Source: Eledone cirrhosa
Taxonomy: Eukaryota
Reading direction: 5' to 3'
Assembly: GCA_964016885.1 (NCBI GenBank)
Contig: OZ024755.1
Coordinates: forward strand, 37,634,001 to 37,698,000
DNA length: 64,000 nucleotides
Part shown: piece by piece, positions 24,971 to 37,090 of the stretch
How positions within the stretch are numbered: the stretch's first letter is position 1
Layout of the letters: each line of letters opens with the position of its first letter
Notes under the pieces: generated by a model
Seen by the model: the letters and a program-made list of their open reading frames with translations, nothing else
What the model was told of the DNA's origin: nothing
Databases searched by the model: none
Translations under genes and position numbers: made by a program

Positions 24971-25689
24971 AAATTGATCAAACCTGCCACCATGACATCC
25001 TCGCCTCTACTTCCTCCTCTCTCCCACCATCACCGCCTCCCCTCCCCCACCACCTCCTCTCCTCCAACACCACCATATCTTCTCCTTTACCACCTCCATC
25101 AACACCACCACCACCTCTCCATCACCACCACTTCCTCCTCTCCTCCACCAGCACCACCACCACCTCCCCAACACCCCACCTCCTCTCCTCCAACATCACC
25201 ATATCTTCTTTACCACCTCCTCCAACACGCCCCTCTCTTACACAACCAACACCTCTCCCCCATCCCACCGCCTCTCCTGCACCACCACCACCACCACCTC
25301 CTCTCCTCCAACACCACCACCACCTCTCCTCCACCACTCTGCAACCTTCAGTGAGGGTTTACCTGACAAACTCCACAGCCAAATATGCTAGCCCTCAAGG
25401 ACAGTTAATAGACTCCCCCCCCCCCCCCACACACACACCAGGGTCAGTGAGTAAACTAACCAGGCCGACAGGATCATTTAAAGCTAGCCAGAAGAACTGT
25501 GAAACCAAATTTATAATTCTAGAAATCGATGGCAAATGTTGATTCAATGAAACATCACAAGCAGCCTGGAATTCACTTAACAGCTAATGTAAACCTACCA
25601 ATGTTTAAAGGGCTATTGTTGTTATTGATATTATTAGTAGTATTATTACTATTATTAACATTATTACTATTCAATAAGGGACATAAGGA

Positions 25690-26082
25690 CGGTGGATTGG
25701 CAGTACCGGTAGAGGGTCAGACGCCGTGCTTTGCTGCAAAGAGTTACGGCCCTTTATGGTCTGAGTTCAAATCCCGCCGAGGTTAACTTTGCCTTTCATC
25801 CTTACGGGGGTCGTAAAATAAAGTACCAGTAATACACTGAGATAATTGCTGGCCTTGTGCCAAAAGTAGAAACAATTATTACTATTAAATATTATTTGTT
25901 TCTACTTTAGGCACAAGGCCAGCAATTACCCAGTGCATTACTGGTACTTTATTTTATCGACCCCGTAAGGATGAAAGGCAAAGTCAACCTCGGCGGGATT
26001 TGAACTCAGATCGTAAAGGGACGTAACTATGCTGGAAAGCATGGCGTCCGACCCTCTACCGATACTGCCAATCCACCGCCTA
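25690..26082. mobile_element. Tail-to-tail inverted pair of SINE family B (25690-25880 +, 25895-26082 -)
   Basis: The second copy is the reverse complement of the consensus. Confidence 0.85.
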
Positions 26083-26300
26083 TTACTATTCAATATTATT
26101 ATTATTATTATTTCCATTATTATTTTTATTGCGCATGATCACTGCTTTACCGAGCACAGCTCTGTGTGTCTTGGCTATGTGCAGTATAGTTATTGCTGAT
26201 GTTGTTTCTATTGTATTGACAGTACTTTTCATAATATGTGTGCAGTACCTAGTAGTGCTATCTTTTGTATGCTGTATATATTTGTAAGTCACGTGGTACT

Positions 26301-29300
26301 CATCATCATCATCATCATCATCATTTTACGTCCGCTTTTCCTGCTTGCAAGAGTGGGATGGGTTCTATTCAGCACAGCATCTCTCCACTTGTCACGGTCC
26401 TTCGTCATCTCCACCATGAGCTTCAGCGATCTGAGGTCTGCTCTCACCACCTCCGCCCATGTTTTTTGTGGTCTTCCTCTACTACGTCTTCCTTCAACTG
26501 GCATTTCTTGGCACTTCTTCACCCACTGGTCATCCTCCATGCACATCACATGTCCATACCACTGCAGTCTCCTCTCCTGCACACTACAATTTATCCCTCT
26601 CAGACACAGTTTCTCTCTCAACACATCCATGCTTGGCCGTTCATGCACATTGACATTGCACATCCAACGGAGCATGCTTGCCTCATTTCTCTCCAGTCGT
26701 CGCATATCTTCTGCAGTTGCTGCCCAAGTCTCACTACCATGCACTTCACACAGGCATCATATAACCGGCCTTTCATACACAGGGAGAAACCCTTCTTCGT
26801 CAGCAGAGGGAGCAGCTCCCTAAACATCTTCCAACTCGTCCTTATTTTAGATACTATGGCCTCGGAACACCCCATCCCGTGCTAATCTGATCACCTAGGT
26901 ACCGGAAGCTATCAACCACTTCTATAGCACCCACTTGCATTTGAAAAATTTGTCTATCAATGCGACTTTTACTGTCAAATTTCCCTGTACATCTACTGCA
27001 TACATATTTCTCCGTATCTGTTAGTTTGCCTGCTATCCCACTACATCTCTTGTGTACCCAGGATCTGCATTGTGTACATTTTATAGAATTCATGCCAGTT
27101 TCTTTTCTGCATATTGAACATGGCCATTTACCTGACGGAATCAGAGTTTTGTCCTCTTTTCTACTCATCAACACTTTTGTCTTAGCTAGGTTCACTCTCA
27201 GTCCTCTTGATTCCAACTGCTGTTTCCATAGCCAGAATTTATTCTCTAGCTCCTCTAGTGATTCTGCTATAAGAACCAGATCGTCAGCATAGAGAAGTTC
27301 CCATGGACAGCCAATCTTAAACTCCTCTGTTATGGCTTGGAGAACTATAATGAACACGAGTGGGCCGAGGACCGAACCCTGATGTACTCCTACTTGTATC
27401 TGGAATTCCTTACTAAACTCCATTCCTACTCTGACAGCACCTCTGTACAAAGCTTGCATTGTCCTCTCAAGCCATTCCTCAACACCTAGTTTCCTTAGGG
27501 ACCACCAGGTGACAGATAGGGGTACCCTATCAAAGGCCTTCTCTAGGTCAACAAAAGCTAAGTATAGTGGCTTATTCTTCTCTAAGAACCCCTCTTGTAA
27601 TTGTCTCACTAAGAAGAGAGCATCCATTGTACTTTTCCCAGGCACAAAACCAAACTGCATCTCATCTACTTTGACCCTTTCTCTAATTAGTTGTGCTAAT
27701 ATCCTATCTGCCACTTTCATAACCTGATCCATCAGCTTTATGCCCCTATAATTGCTCCTCTCCAGGGCATCCCCTTTACTTTACCTTTGTAGCAATTTAT
27801 AAGAATACTGCTGCACCAGTCTTTGGGTATGACACCGCCATATATAGCCTGATTGATGATGTGTGCAACCAGTTTAGTGCCTACGTCCCCTGATGCCTTC
27901 AGCATCTCAGCAACTATCCCAGACGGTCCAGCGGCCTTACCATTTTTCATTTCCTTAATCACCTCTTGGACCCTATATTTCACAATCTCAATAGCTAGTC
28001 CCTCTGTCGGATCTACTGAGGGTAATTTCTCTCTCTCCCATTCGTTCTCCACATTCATCAGTCTCTCATAATGACATTTCCAGGCCTCCTTTTTCTGATC
28101 ATTCGTGACACTAAGTACACCAGCATCATTCCGGACACATTTATCTCCAACAATATCCTGATTTGCACTGACACACTGCCTTGCAATGCGGAAACCTGCA
28201 TGTCTCTGATCCTCCTACTCTCAGCGTCCCTGCGTGCTAAGTACACCTGATGTCTAGCTTCTCTCTTAGCAGCTGTATATCCTTCTCTACTCCCACCATT
28301 TTTCCAAGCATTCCATGCTAGTTTTTTCTCTCTAACGGCCCTATCTACCGAGCTGTTCCACCACCAGGTCACTCTCCGTTTGGTTGGAGCTCTGCAGTAA
28401 GTTGTCACATAAGAAATTCCAGTTATCATCTATGTCATATGGCTCTAAATCATCTTCTTTTTCGTCATACACATCTTGAAGGGCTTTCCTAAATTTGTCT
28501 TTTAGTGAAAGGTCTTTTAGTTTTCAGACCTTTCTTCTCCACACCTTCCTGTATGTCTCATTCCATCTCTTGCTTACTGAGATATCACTAACGACTAACC
28601 TATGCTGTGGGGTACATTCTTCCCCGGGGTATGCCTTGGTATTTGACACCATCTGCCTGTCCCGCTGCCTATCTACTAAGAAGTCAATCTGGCTTATGTG
28701 CTCGCCTGATCTGGAGGTTATTAGGTGGTTGGCAGGTTTCTGGAAGTTATTGCGGTTGTTTGTAAAAGTTGCCGTAAAAGCAGTCTTTCTCTTCTTTGCC
28801 TAGGCCTGCTTGGGGAGCATAGGCCGAGATGATTGTCAGTAGTCTCCTGCCTACAACTAATCCAAGCTTAATCATTCTATTACTAACTCGAATTACCTCT
28901 ATTGTCTTATTGATCCATCTCTCAGCCAGGAAAATGCCTACTGCCCCTAACCCATCATCATTACCCACCCAGAAAAATAACTAAGATGTTTGCTTGCGAT
29001 TAGTCTCACAGAGGCACCTCTCCATCTCACCTCTTGCACGCAGCACACATCCACATGCCTTCTCTCCAGCATCTCCACTATTACTCCAGATCTACCTGTG
29101 AGAGTGCCAACATTAAGTGTTGCAACTCTGAGATGCGACATCTTCATGTTCTTGTTCCTTTTCCTGTAGTGTGATTGCTTGATCACGGTGTGTGTGTGTA
29201 TGTAGGGGGAGGGGGGTAGGGTTCTCGCACATGGCCTCACCAGCCACCCCACTACCGTGCGCAGCCCTAACATGGTTAGTGTTATTGCTGTTGATGCAGT

Positions 29301-29425
29301 TGTTGCAATTCTCATTTGTTGTGCTCATAGTTTTTGGCAGTAGTATATATACTGGTTGGATGCCCTTCCTAATACCAACACCACTTTACAGCATGGACTG
29401 GGTGCTTTTATTCATGCCACCAGCA
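26301..29425 (-). mobile_element. Near full-length degenerate RTE-clade LINE (5' UTR, APE endonuclease, RT with PHD insert, (GAT)n tail)
   Basis: LRVATLNVGTL...VQEVRW, IISAYAPQ, QFGFVPGKST, FVDLEKAFDRV, GVHQGSVL, LYADDL, FRYLG and HGSETW. Multiple frameshifts and deletions. Confidence 0.95.
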
Positions 29426-29707
29426 CTAGAGAGGACGTCTTACTGGACTCATGGACCATCTCTACCCCTACATTTTACAGCATGGTCATAACAATAATAA
29501 AAACCCTCACTTATTGACACTCATACTTATGACACACACACACACACACTCACTCACACACCAAAACTCATGCATACAAACACACACACACACCATTCAC
29601 TTACACACACACACACACACATATATTACCGTCATTACTGATACAAGATTATGTCAACTTTCGAAAGAGTTTGTATAGTTGAAGCCGTGTTACTGTTCAG
29701 TATTATT

Positions 29708-30090
29708 ATAATTGTTTCTACTCTTGGCACAAGGCCAGTAATTACCCAGTGCATTACTGGTACTTTGTTTTATCGACCCCCGTAAGGATGAAAGGCAAAG
29801 TTAACCTCGGCGAGATTTGAATTCATACCGTAAAGGGGCGTAACTCTATGCTGCAAAGCATAGCGTCCGACTGCCTATTAATACTGCCAATCCACCGCCC
29901 TGGTGGATTGGCAGTATCAGTAGAGGGTCGGACGCCATGCTTTCCAGCATAGTTACGTCCCTTTACGATCTGAGTTCAAATCCCGCCGAGGTTGACTTTG
30001 CCTTTCATCCTTACAGGGTCGATCAAATAAAGTACCAGTAATGCACTGGGTATTTGCTGGCCTTGTGCCTAAAGTAGAAACAATTATTAT
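29708..30090. mobile_element. Head-to-head inverted pair of SINE family B (29708-29900 -, 29902-30090 +)
   Basis: ...ctgccaatccaccgccc directly abuts tggtggattggcag... Confidence 0.88.
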
Positions 30091-30096
30091 AATAAT

Positions 30097-30256
30097 TGCT
30101 TTACAGCATAGAGCTATGGCCCTCTACGCTCTGAGTTCAAATCCCGCCGAGGTCAACCTTGCCCCTCATCCCCACGGAGTCGACAAAACAAAGCACCAGC
30201 AATGCGCTGGGACAATCGCTGGCCCAGAGCCGAAGCAGAAAAATTATTATTATTAT
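30097..30256 (+). mobile_element. SINE family B, 5' truncated, hypermutated T>C
   Basis: gtcgacaaaacaaagcaccagcaatg versus the consensus gtcgataaaataaagtaccagtaatg. Confidence 0.85.
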
Positions 30257-30282
30257 AGTTGTTTTCTTAAGGCCCGATCGCT

Positions 30283-30670
30283 GGTGATGGTGCTGGTGGT
30301 GGTGGTGGTGGATGGTGGTAGTGGTGGTGGTGGATGGTGGTGGTAATGGTGATGGTGGATGGTGGTGGATGGTGGTGGATGGTGGTGGTGGATGGTGGAT
30401 GGTGGTGGTGGTGGTGGATGGGGGTAGTGGTAGATGGTGGTGGTGGATGGTGGTGGTGGTGGATGGTGGATGGTGGATGGTGGTGGATGGTGGTAGTGGT
30501 GGTGGTGGATGGTGGTGGTAATGGTGATGGATGGTGGTGGTGGATGGTGGTGGATGGTGGATGGTGGTGGTGGTGGTGGATGGTGGTAGTGGTAGATGGT
30601 GGTAGTGATGGTGGTGGTGGATGGTGGTGGTGGTGGATGGTGGTGGATGGTGGTGGTGATGGTGGTGGCA
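30283..30670. repeat. (GGT/GGAT)n low-complexity tract
   Basis: Seen directly. Confidence 0.9.
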
Positions 30671-30798
30671 GTTGATGTTGTTGTAGTTCCTCTTGATGTT
30701 GGTGTTCATTTCATTCTGCTGTTGTTGTTGCTTTAGACATTGGTGCCGGTGTTGTTGTTGTAGATGTTGGGTTGAAATTTGGTCGTTTCGACTGAGTG

Positions 30799-30831
<33 letters not shown>

Positions 30832-30891
30832 CTCACAAAGCTTGTCTTTTTTGATGGCAGTGAAAGTCATATTTGTTGTTAATATGGTAAT

Positions 30892-31225
30892 GGAGGCATA
30901 TGGCTTAGTGGTTAGAGCATTAGCCTTGCAATCGAAAGGTTGTGAGTTCAATTCTCAGACCAGGTGGTGTGTTGTTTCCTTGAGCAAGGCACTTTATTTC
31001 ACATTGCTCCAGTTTACTCAGCTGTAGAAATGAGATGATAGGACTGGGGTCCCTATCATTCCACTGCAAAGTGGTCGTGTAGGTGCCACGGCAAAAACCA
31101 CCCAGCACTCACTGTAAATGAGGTTGGTGTTAGGAAGGGCATCCAGCTGTAGAAATCAAGCCAGAATCAGTTCCCATCCCACCCTTGCAAGCAGGGAAAA
31201 GTGGACGTAAAATGATGATGATGAT
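30892..31225 (+). mobile_element. SINE family A, full length
   Basis: Head, CORE-like body and RTE tail. Confidence 0.9.
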
Positions 31226-31839
31226 ACTCACACACATTCAACATAGAGAGAGTTGGCAACTGGTCAGTGACTTTAGTGTCTAGATAGTAATGACATGTGT
31301 AAATGTAAATGTGGTGGTGAGGAGAGAGTGTAGACGTTATTGTGGTGGTAGCGGGTGGCAGTGAGATGTATCTAGTTCATTTGTCCGTTTTCTTCTCTTT
31401 GCAAAATTTTAATTTTAACCATGTTGCATTGGGAATGCAAGTAAATGTAAAATGTAAATAAAGATTGCTCTGGGAAAATATATGAAAATATTTGTGTAAC
31501 TTCCACAAACTTCTGTCAGGATATTTCCCAAGTCCAGTGAGCAAAAACTTTGTTGTATTTTGATATTTCAGAATACAAAAATTAACCAAAACTTACCCCC
31601 ACGAAAAGACAGCATGTGTTGTCCGCTCTATAAGCTCCCTCTATATATACAGTGCCTAGTAGTGCTATCTTTTGTATGTTGTATATATTTGTAAGTCCTG
31701 GGGTTTTGGCTATGTGTCTGTCTGTGTTATTTTATCATTCCCAGAGCACCTATTATTATAGGTATTGTTTCTGTTTTCATTTTCCATATTCGAGTTATTT
31801 CTATCTCTAGATCTTTATATTTGGAAAGTTTCTCTATTA

Positions 31840-33310
31840 TTATTTCTGCTAAAAGCAGAGTTCAAGATTTTGGCCAAGGTGCTAACAAAGAGGTTGGCAG
31901 TTGTCATCAGTGGTCTGGTGGGAGAGGTGCAGACATGTGCCATTCCAGACAGATCCATCCATGACAACCTCCACCTCATGCAATACATAACGGAGAAATA
32001 GCTAGGGAACCTGGCACGGGTGGGGCCTTGATCAATTTAGATCAGTTGAAAGCTTTCGATAGGGTCGACCATTGTTATCTGGTGGCAGTTCTGAAGGTGG
32101 CCGGCTTTGGACCCGTCTTCAGAGGCTGGATTGCTGCCATGCACAGCGACATCTGCTCCGTGGTGAGAGTGAACGGTCATCTTTCGGAACTGTTCAACAC
32201 CACGTGTTCGGTCTGCCAAAGATGTCTCCTCTCGTCTCTGTTGTACGTATTGACTCTCGAGCCATTACTGCACAAACTGGAGATGTTGAGGGGGGTCCCA
32301 CGCAAACTGGGATGCAGGAGAACCAGGTCAGCATATGCAGATGTCACCGCAGTGGTGTCGAATGCTAAACACATTGAGTCGATTGGCACTACACTAAGAG
32401 AATATGAGGTGGTGACGGGAGCAATGATTAACTAGGAAAAGTTGGAGGGTCTGCAGCTCGGCACCTGGAGAGGCAGGTCCATGTGCTGTCCAACAGCATC
32501 ATTGGACTGATGGATTATTTAAATTGCTAGGGGTCTGGTTTGGTCCAGACCTCTGGATGGACAGAAACTGAGACAATGTGACAAGCAGAGTGGAATGTCT
32601 TCAAGAGCTCACAGCCTTCAGCCAATCTGGCAGTACGATTGGTGGAAACTCCACCTTAGCATTTCATAGAGGATTAGTGGAGGGTAAGAATGATGTGTCC
32701 TTTGGAGACTCTGAACATTGACGAAAATCAACTAGTCACTCTTTTCTAGAGGACTTTCAGTCCAGGGCCCTTGGACAACTTCCAGAGATCTCTGGCCTGG
32801 CAGTGCTACCGTGGAGCCTTGCCAGTTCGAGATAAACTCTACAGGTATGGAAGTGCTGTCTGCCTGGCCTGTTCAAAGTGTGTACATTATGATGAAACTG
32901 TCCTGCTTGCACTCATTGGGTGTCTAAGTATTGCTGACCTGTCGGTTTATGCCGAGCATCTGCTGTCACGTGTTGGACAGACCTGACCATCAACTGAGTC
33001 CATTGTGAAGATTGCCCCGCTGTCCTCCTTTCGAGGAGAAGAACAGGCAGTTTTTATCTGCTTGGTAGCCATGGTGAAAGAGGTTGTCTGGTGGATGTGT
33101 TTGAAAAGGTTGAAGACAGCCATTTTCCTCTTCGGTGGAGCTCTGATTAACTTTTTCAGGTTTCACATGAAGAGGAAGATCAGGGTGGAGAGGGAAGTGC
33201 TGTCTTCCAACCAGTTTGTTGAAAGGAAGGTAAAAGTGGTGAGCATGGTCCATGTGAATGAGCCTGCCCTGAACATATGCCCGAGATTGAAGGAGAACAA
33301 CTGAAGGGGA
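31840..33310 (+). mobile_element. L1/Tx1-clade LINE ORF2 remnant (RT plus C-terminal cysteine-rich region)
   Basis: FKILAKVLTKRL, QTCAIPDRSIHDNL, LDQLKAFDRVDH, LLYVLTLEPL, AYAD and LAWQCYRGALPVRDKL...C..C. Confidence 0.88.
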
Positions 33311-33339
33311 TACTTTGCCCTAGCAGACAGGACCCTAGT

Positions 33340-33735
33340 ACATTACTGGTGCTTTATTTTATCAACCCTGTAAGGATGAAAGGCAAAGCTAACCTTGGCA
33401 GATTTAGCTCTTGCCTTTCATCCTTACAGGGTTGATAAAATAAAGTACCAGTAATGCACTGGGATCAATCTGTATTTGTTCCAACATTCAATCCAAGATG
33501 AGTTGAGCCAGCTCCAACCAGTGAATTATGATAATGATAATAATAACTGTTTCTACTTTTGAGACAAGGCGAGCAATTATCCCAGTGCATTACTGGTACT
33601 TTATTTTAGCGACCCCATGAGGATGGAAAGTAAAGTTAACCTCAGTGGGATTTGAACTCAGACCGTAAAGGACTGTAACTCTATGCTGTAAAGCATGGCG
33701 TCTGACCCTTTACCGATACTGCCAATCCACCACCG
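33340..33735. mobile_element. SINE family B fragments (small inverted pair 33340-33465; minus copy 33545-33735)
   Basis: Core motif present in both orientations. Confidence 0.75.
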
Positions 33736-34050
33736 TAATAATCTATACTATAATAAAGGGAGGAGTGCAGGACAGCATCTGTTTTATATTTTTTTTATCC
33801 CGTTAGTAAAATAAGTTGGATTACTCTGAATAAATCAGGAAAGAATATTATGTATTTTATCTACTAAATTTCGTAGCTCTTGATTAAACATAAATATTCT
33901 TATATATAAAGTATTGCTTATTTTAAGATTCACTTCTTTAAAATTTTCAAACACCTCCGGTTAGTGTCTGTTATATTATAACATTTATTACATCACTTAT
34001 ATAAACATTCATATATTTGCATTATTATATAAGGTTTATATTATATAATA

Positions 34051-34243
34051 GGGCGGTGGATTGGCAGTATCGGTAGAGGATCGGACGCCATGCTTTGACG
34101 CATAGAGTTACGGTCCTTGCCATTCTGAGTTCAAATCCCGCCGAGGTTAACTTTGCCTTTCATCCTTACGGGGTCGATAAAATAAAGTACTAGTAATGAA
34201 CTGGGTAATTGCTGGCCTTGTGCCAATAGTAGAAACAATTATT
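34051..34243 (+). mobile_element. SINE family B, full length
   Basis: gggcggtggattggcag...agaaacaattatt, flanked by the repeated ttatataaggtttata. Confidence 0.88.
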
Positions 34244-34567
34244 ATATAAGGTTTATATTTAGGTCGCTAATTTTCTCCTTTTCTGTTTCCATAACATTTT
34301 AGTTTATTAAATATACAGTTTATATATAATATGTTTCTTAAATGTATCATGGATTACGTTACTGATTACAGAAGACAGTGTAACACAGACTTTGTTCAAT
34401 TTCTGTGCATATTGTCAATTACGATTTCATTTGATGTATCGTATCCTACATACATGTATATTTGCATATAATATCAATATGTACACTACACATGCTAGCA
34501 GAAAACCACCCAAAGGGTGGTTTTTCTGCTAGTGATAATAATAATAATAATACATCACATGACTTAC

Positions 34568-34663
34568 CAGCATCTGTGAGGTGGTTAAGTAAGTCATCAA
34601 GAGCTTGCTCTTTGCCTGATATCTGACATAGCTTCAACTCCTCAATGATTTTGGAGAATTTAT
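34568..34663 (-). CDS. RAP1GDS1: RAP1GDS1/SmgGDS coding exon (probable exon 2), (D)KFSKIIEELKLCQISGKEQALDDLLNHLTDA
   Basis: Acceptor ctttcag and donor G|gtaagt. 96 nt, phase 1-1, joins the 6098 exon in frame. Resembles the vertebrate SmgGDS N-terminus (DNLSDTLKKLKI...). Confidence 0.8.
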
Positions 34664-36362
34664 CTGAAAGTAGAGAAGGTCATTTGATTATTAGGGTTAC
34701 AAAGTTAAAAAAGAAAAGAGAAAGGAAAATAAACAACAACACTTGAGATCTCTCCCCAAACAACAAAGGAGTCTCAATAGTGATGTTCAATCTGCTAGAA
34801 ACAGGAAGGAAATTTTCCTCAAAATGTGAGGAGCCAATTGTCAGATTGGGCCAAGGAAATTATGTTTTCCTTGGTCTTTCCATTACACATACCATCTGTT
34901 AATTACAACAACTGGTAGAATCATCGCCATTTTTCTGGAGACAGGAGGAAGAATTTGAACTCAGAATGCACAGAACCAGAGAAAAGATACTGCAAAGCAT
35001 CTTGTCCAACTTTTCTGCCAATTTTTTGGGAAAGGACTCTGCCACGAGGTCCTGAAAGTTGCAAAGAAATCATGGAGTATGAACAATGAGGAGACACATG
35101 AGAGCACAGGGCTATCATCTGTAAGAGCAGTGGATTGGCAGTCGTTAGGGCAACAGATTGAATAATTTACAGAATTTGTTGAGATACTCTGAGTTCAAAT
35201 CTTGCTGAGGTTAGCTTTGCCATTCATCCTTACAGGGTTGATAAAATAAAGTACCAGTAATGCATTTGTGTTGATTTAATCGACTTTCTTCTCCCTCAAA
35301 ATCAGAAACCAGACTGAAGCCAAGGAGCTAGGTCATATGTTAATGTGACCCAGTGAGGTACATAGTTATTGATAAGGTCACAGGTTGGAACAAAAGAACT
35401 TTGATGGACGAATTATTCTACTGATTAATAAACTAATTATCTTATTGATTGATAAAATTAAACAAAAATACAATCAGTGCATGTGTTTTTTATTGACAAT
35501 ATGACTCTCCCAGAGTACAACAGTATCTGTTTCAACAAATGATTTTACACAAAGAATCTTGCAAAACAAATACAAAAATGAAATATCTAAAAAATGCTTT
35601 AACTGGTTTCAGTCAGGGGTGGGATCAAGTTTGTATAGGGCCCCTGTCTACAGCCTAGGTCGCACCCACCCGTTAATCCATCACTAGTTTCAGTCATTAG
35701 ACTGCAATCGTGCTGGGACACTGATCTATATAACATTTCTGAAATCAGCCCTGTACTCTTTTTCTACAGCGTTCTCTCTAAAAATTTATTGCAGGTTTTT
35801 AAAAGTAATGAAGTGAGAAATATTTATTGTTCTTTGGGCGTATAATGTATTCTCAGTGATATCAAATGTTTTAATGTCCTTATTTTCTGGCATATTTCAT
35901 TATAATTGGCTGTTGATTCAGACATAAGAAACCTCTCATTTCTTCTTCATATTATTGCAAGGAATGTGACAGAAGCTAAACTAAAATCTACAATATATAT
36001 AAAGAGATATTTTAGAGATTATTGTTGTTGCTGTTGTTGTGGAGGTGTTTATATGTTATATGACCCTAGTTGGAAACAATACATGGTGTCTGTGGAATCT
36101 GTATTTAGAAAATATGGGCAACTGTTTTTTACATATCTCCAGTTATAGACACACACCAGTTGAAAACAATAAATCCCCACCCAGCCCTCAAATCAGTGAA
36201 CATTTTTCTAAAGATGGATTTATCTACAATATATCATATTTTTCTATTTTAATTTTTCAAAAGAATATAATTCTTCCCAAACTTTTTGAAAAATTTAGCT
36301 TAAATTTTAACTTAAAAAAATTAGGTGACAAAATTAATTGCATTATGAAAGAGTCATAAAAT

Positions 36363-36505
36363 TATGATGATCATGACAATGATGGTGATGATGATAATGA
36401 TGATGATGGTGGTGATGATGATAATGATGGTGATGATGATGATAATGATGGTGATGGTGATGATGATGATAATGATGATGATAATGATGATGATGGTGAT
36501 GATGT
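36363..36505. repeat. (GAT)n-rich microsatellite
   Basis: Seen directly. Confidence 0.9.
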
Positions 36506-36696
36506 TAAATTCACTTTACATTTATCATTTATTTCTTGGTGTAAACAATTTAATTGTACTCTTCATAATCTGGTCACTGACAGCTTAATGTCACCAGGTT
36601 TAACACCACCATTTGGGTCTTGGGTACCATTAGCAGAGTTTCCTCTGTTTCAGGCCAGATCTTCTGTTTGAGACAACAACAACATAAACAACTAAG

Positions 36697-37090
36697 TTAA
36701 CCCTTTAGCGTTCACATTATTCTATATTTACTATTATATTTTCACAGTAAAGGCTTTATCTTACCGTATTTCCTGGTGCCGAAGGTGCTTTGTCCTTGAG
36801 GACGCACCCTAATTTTGACAACCAAAAATTTGAAAAGAAATAATAAACAACGTTCGGACTCCAGGACGTATGGTAGATTTTTGAGAATTATTTTAGGATA
36901 AAAGTAGCATCTTCGACACTGGAAAATTAAGTAATTATCTCACATAAAATCGAATCTACGAGATTTTGATGTTATTTATTTGAAAATAATACCACAATGT
37001 AGGTATGAGCGGCTAGTTACAGTTGGTTTGAACAGAAAGAGGTGAGAGAATTCTGGCCGGATACAGCTGGTTTAAATGCTAAAGGGTTAA
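36697..37090. mobile_element. piggyBac-type MITE with a nested ~165-bp TA-flanked MITE (about 36763-36933)
   Basis: ttaaccctttagcgtt...aatgctaaagggttaa; the insert has imperfect TIRs (taccgtatttcctggtgccgaag / cttcgacactggaaaattaagta). Confidence 0.7.

Noticed and set aside
26289-29315. Active autonomous LINE or domesticated RT gene
   Set aside because: Many frameshifts and internal deletions, including loss of the central part of the endonuclease.
33741-34050. Second Helitron starting ATCTATACTATAATAAAG
   Set aside because: Only a 5'-like motif is present; no convincing hairpin plus CTAG 3' end was found.
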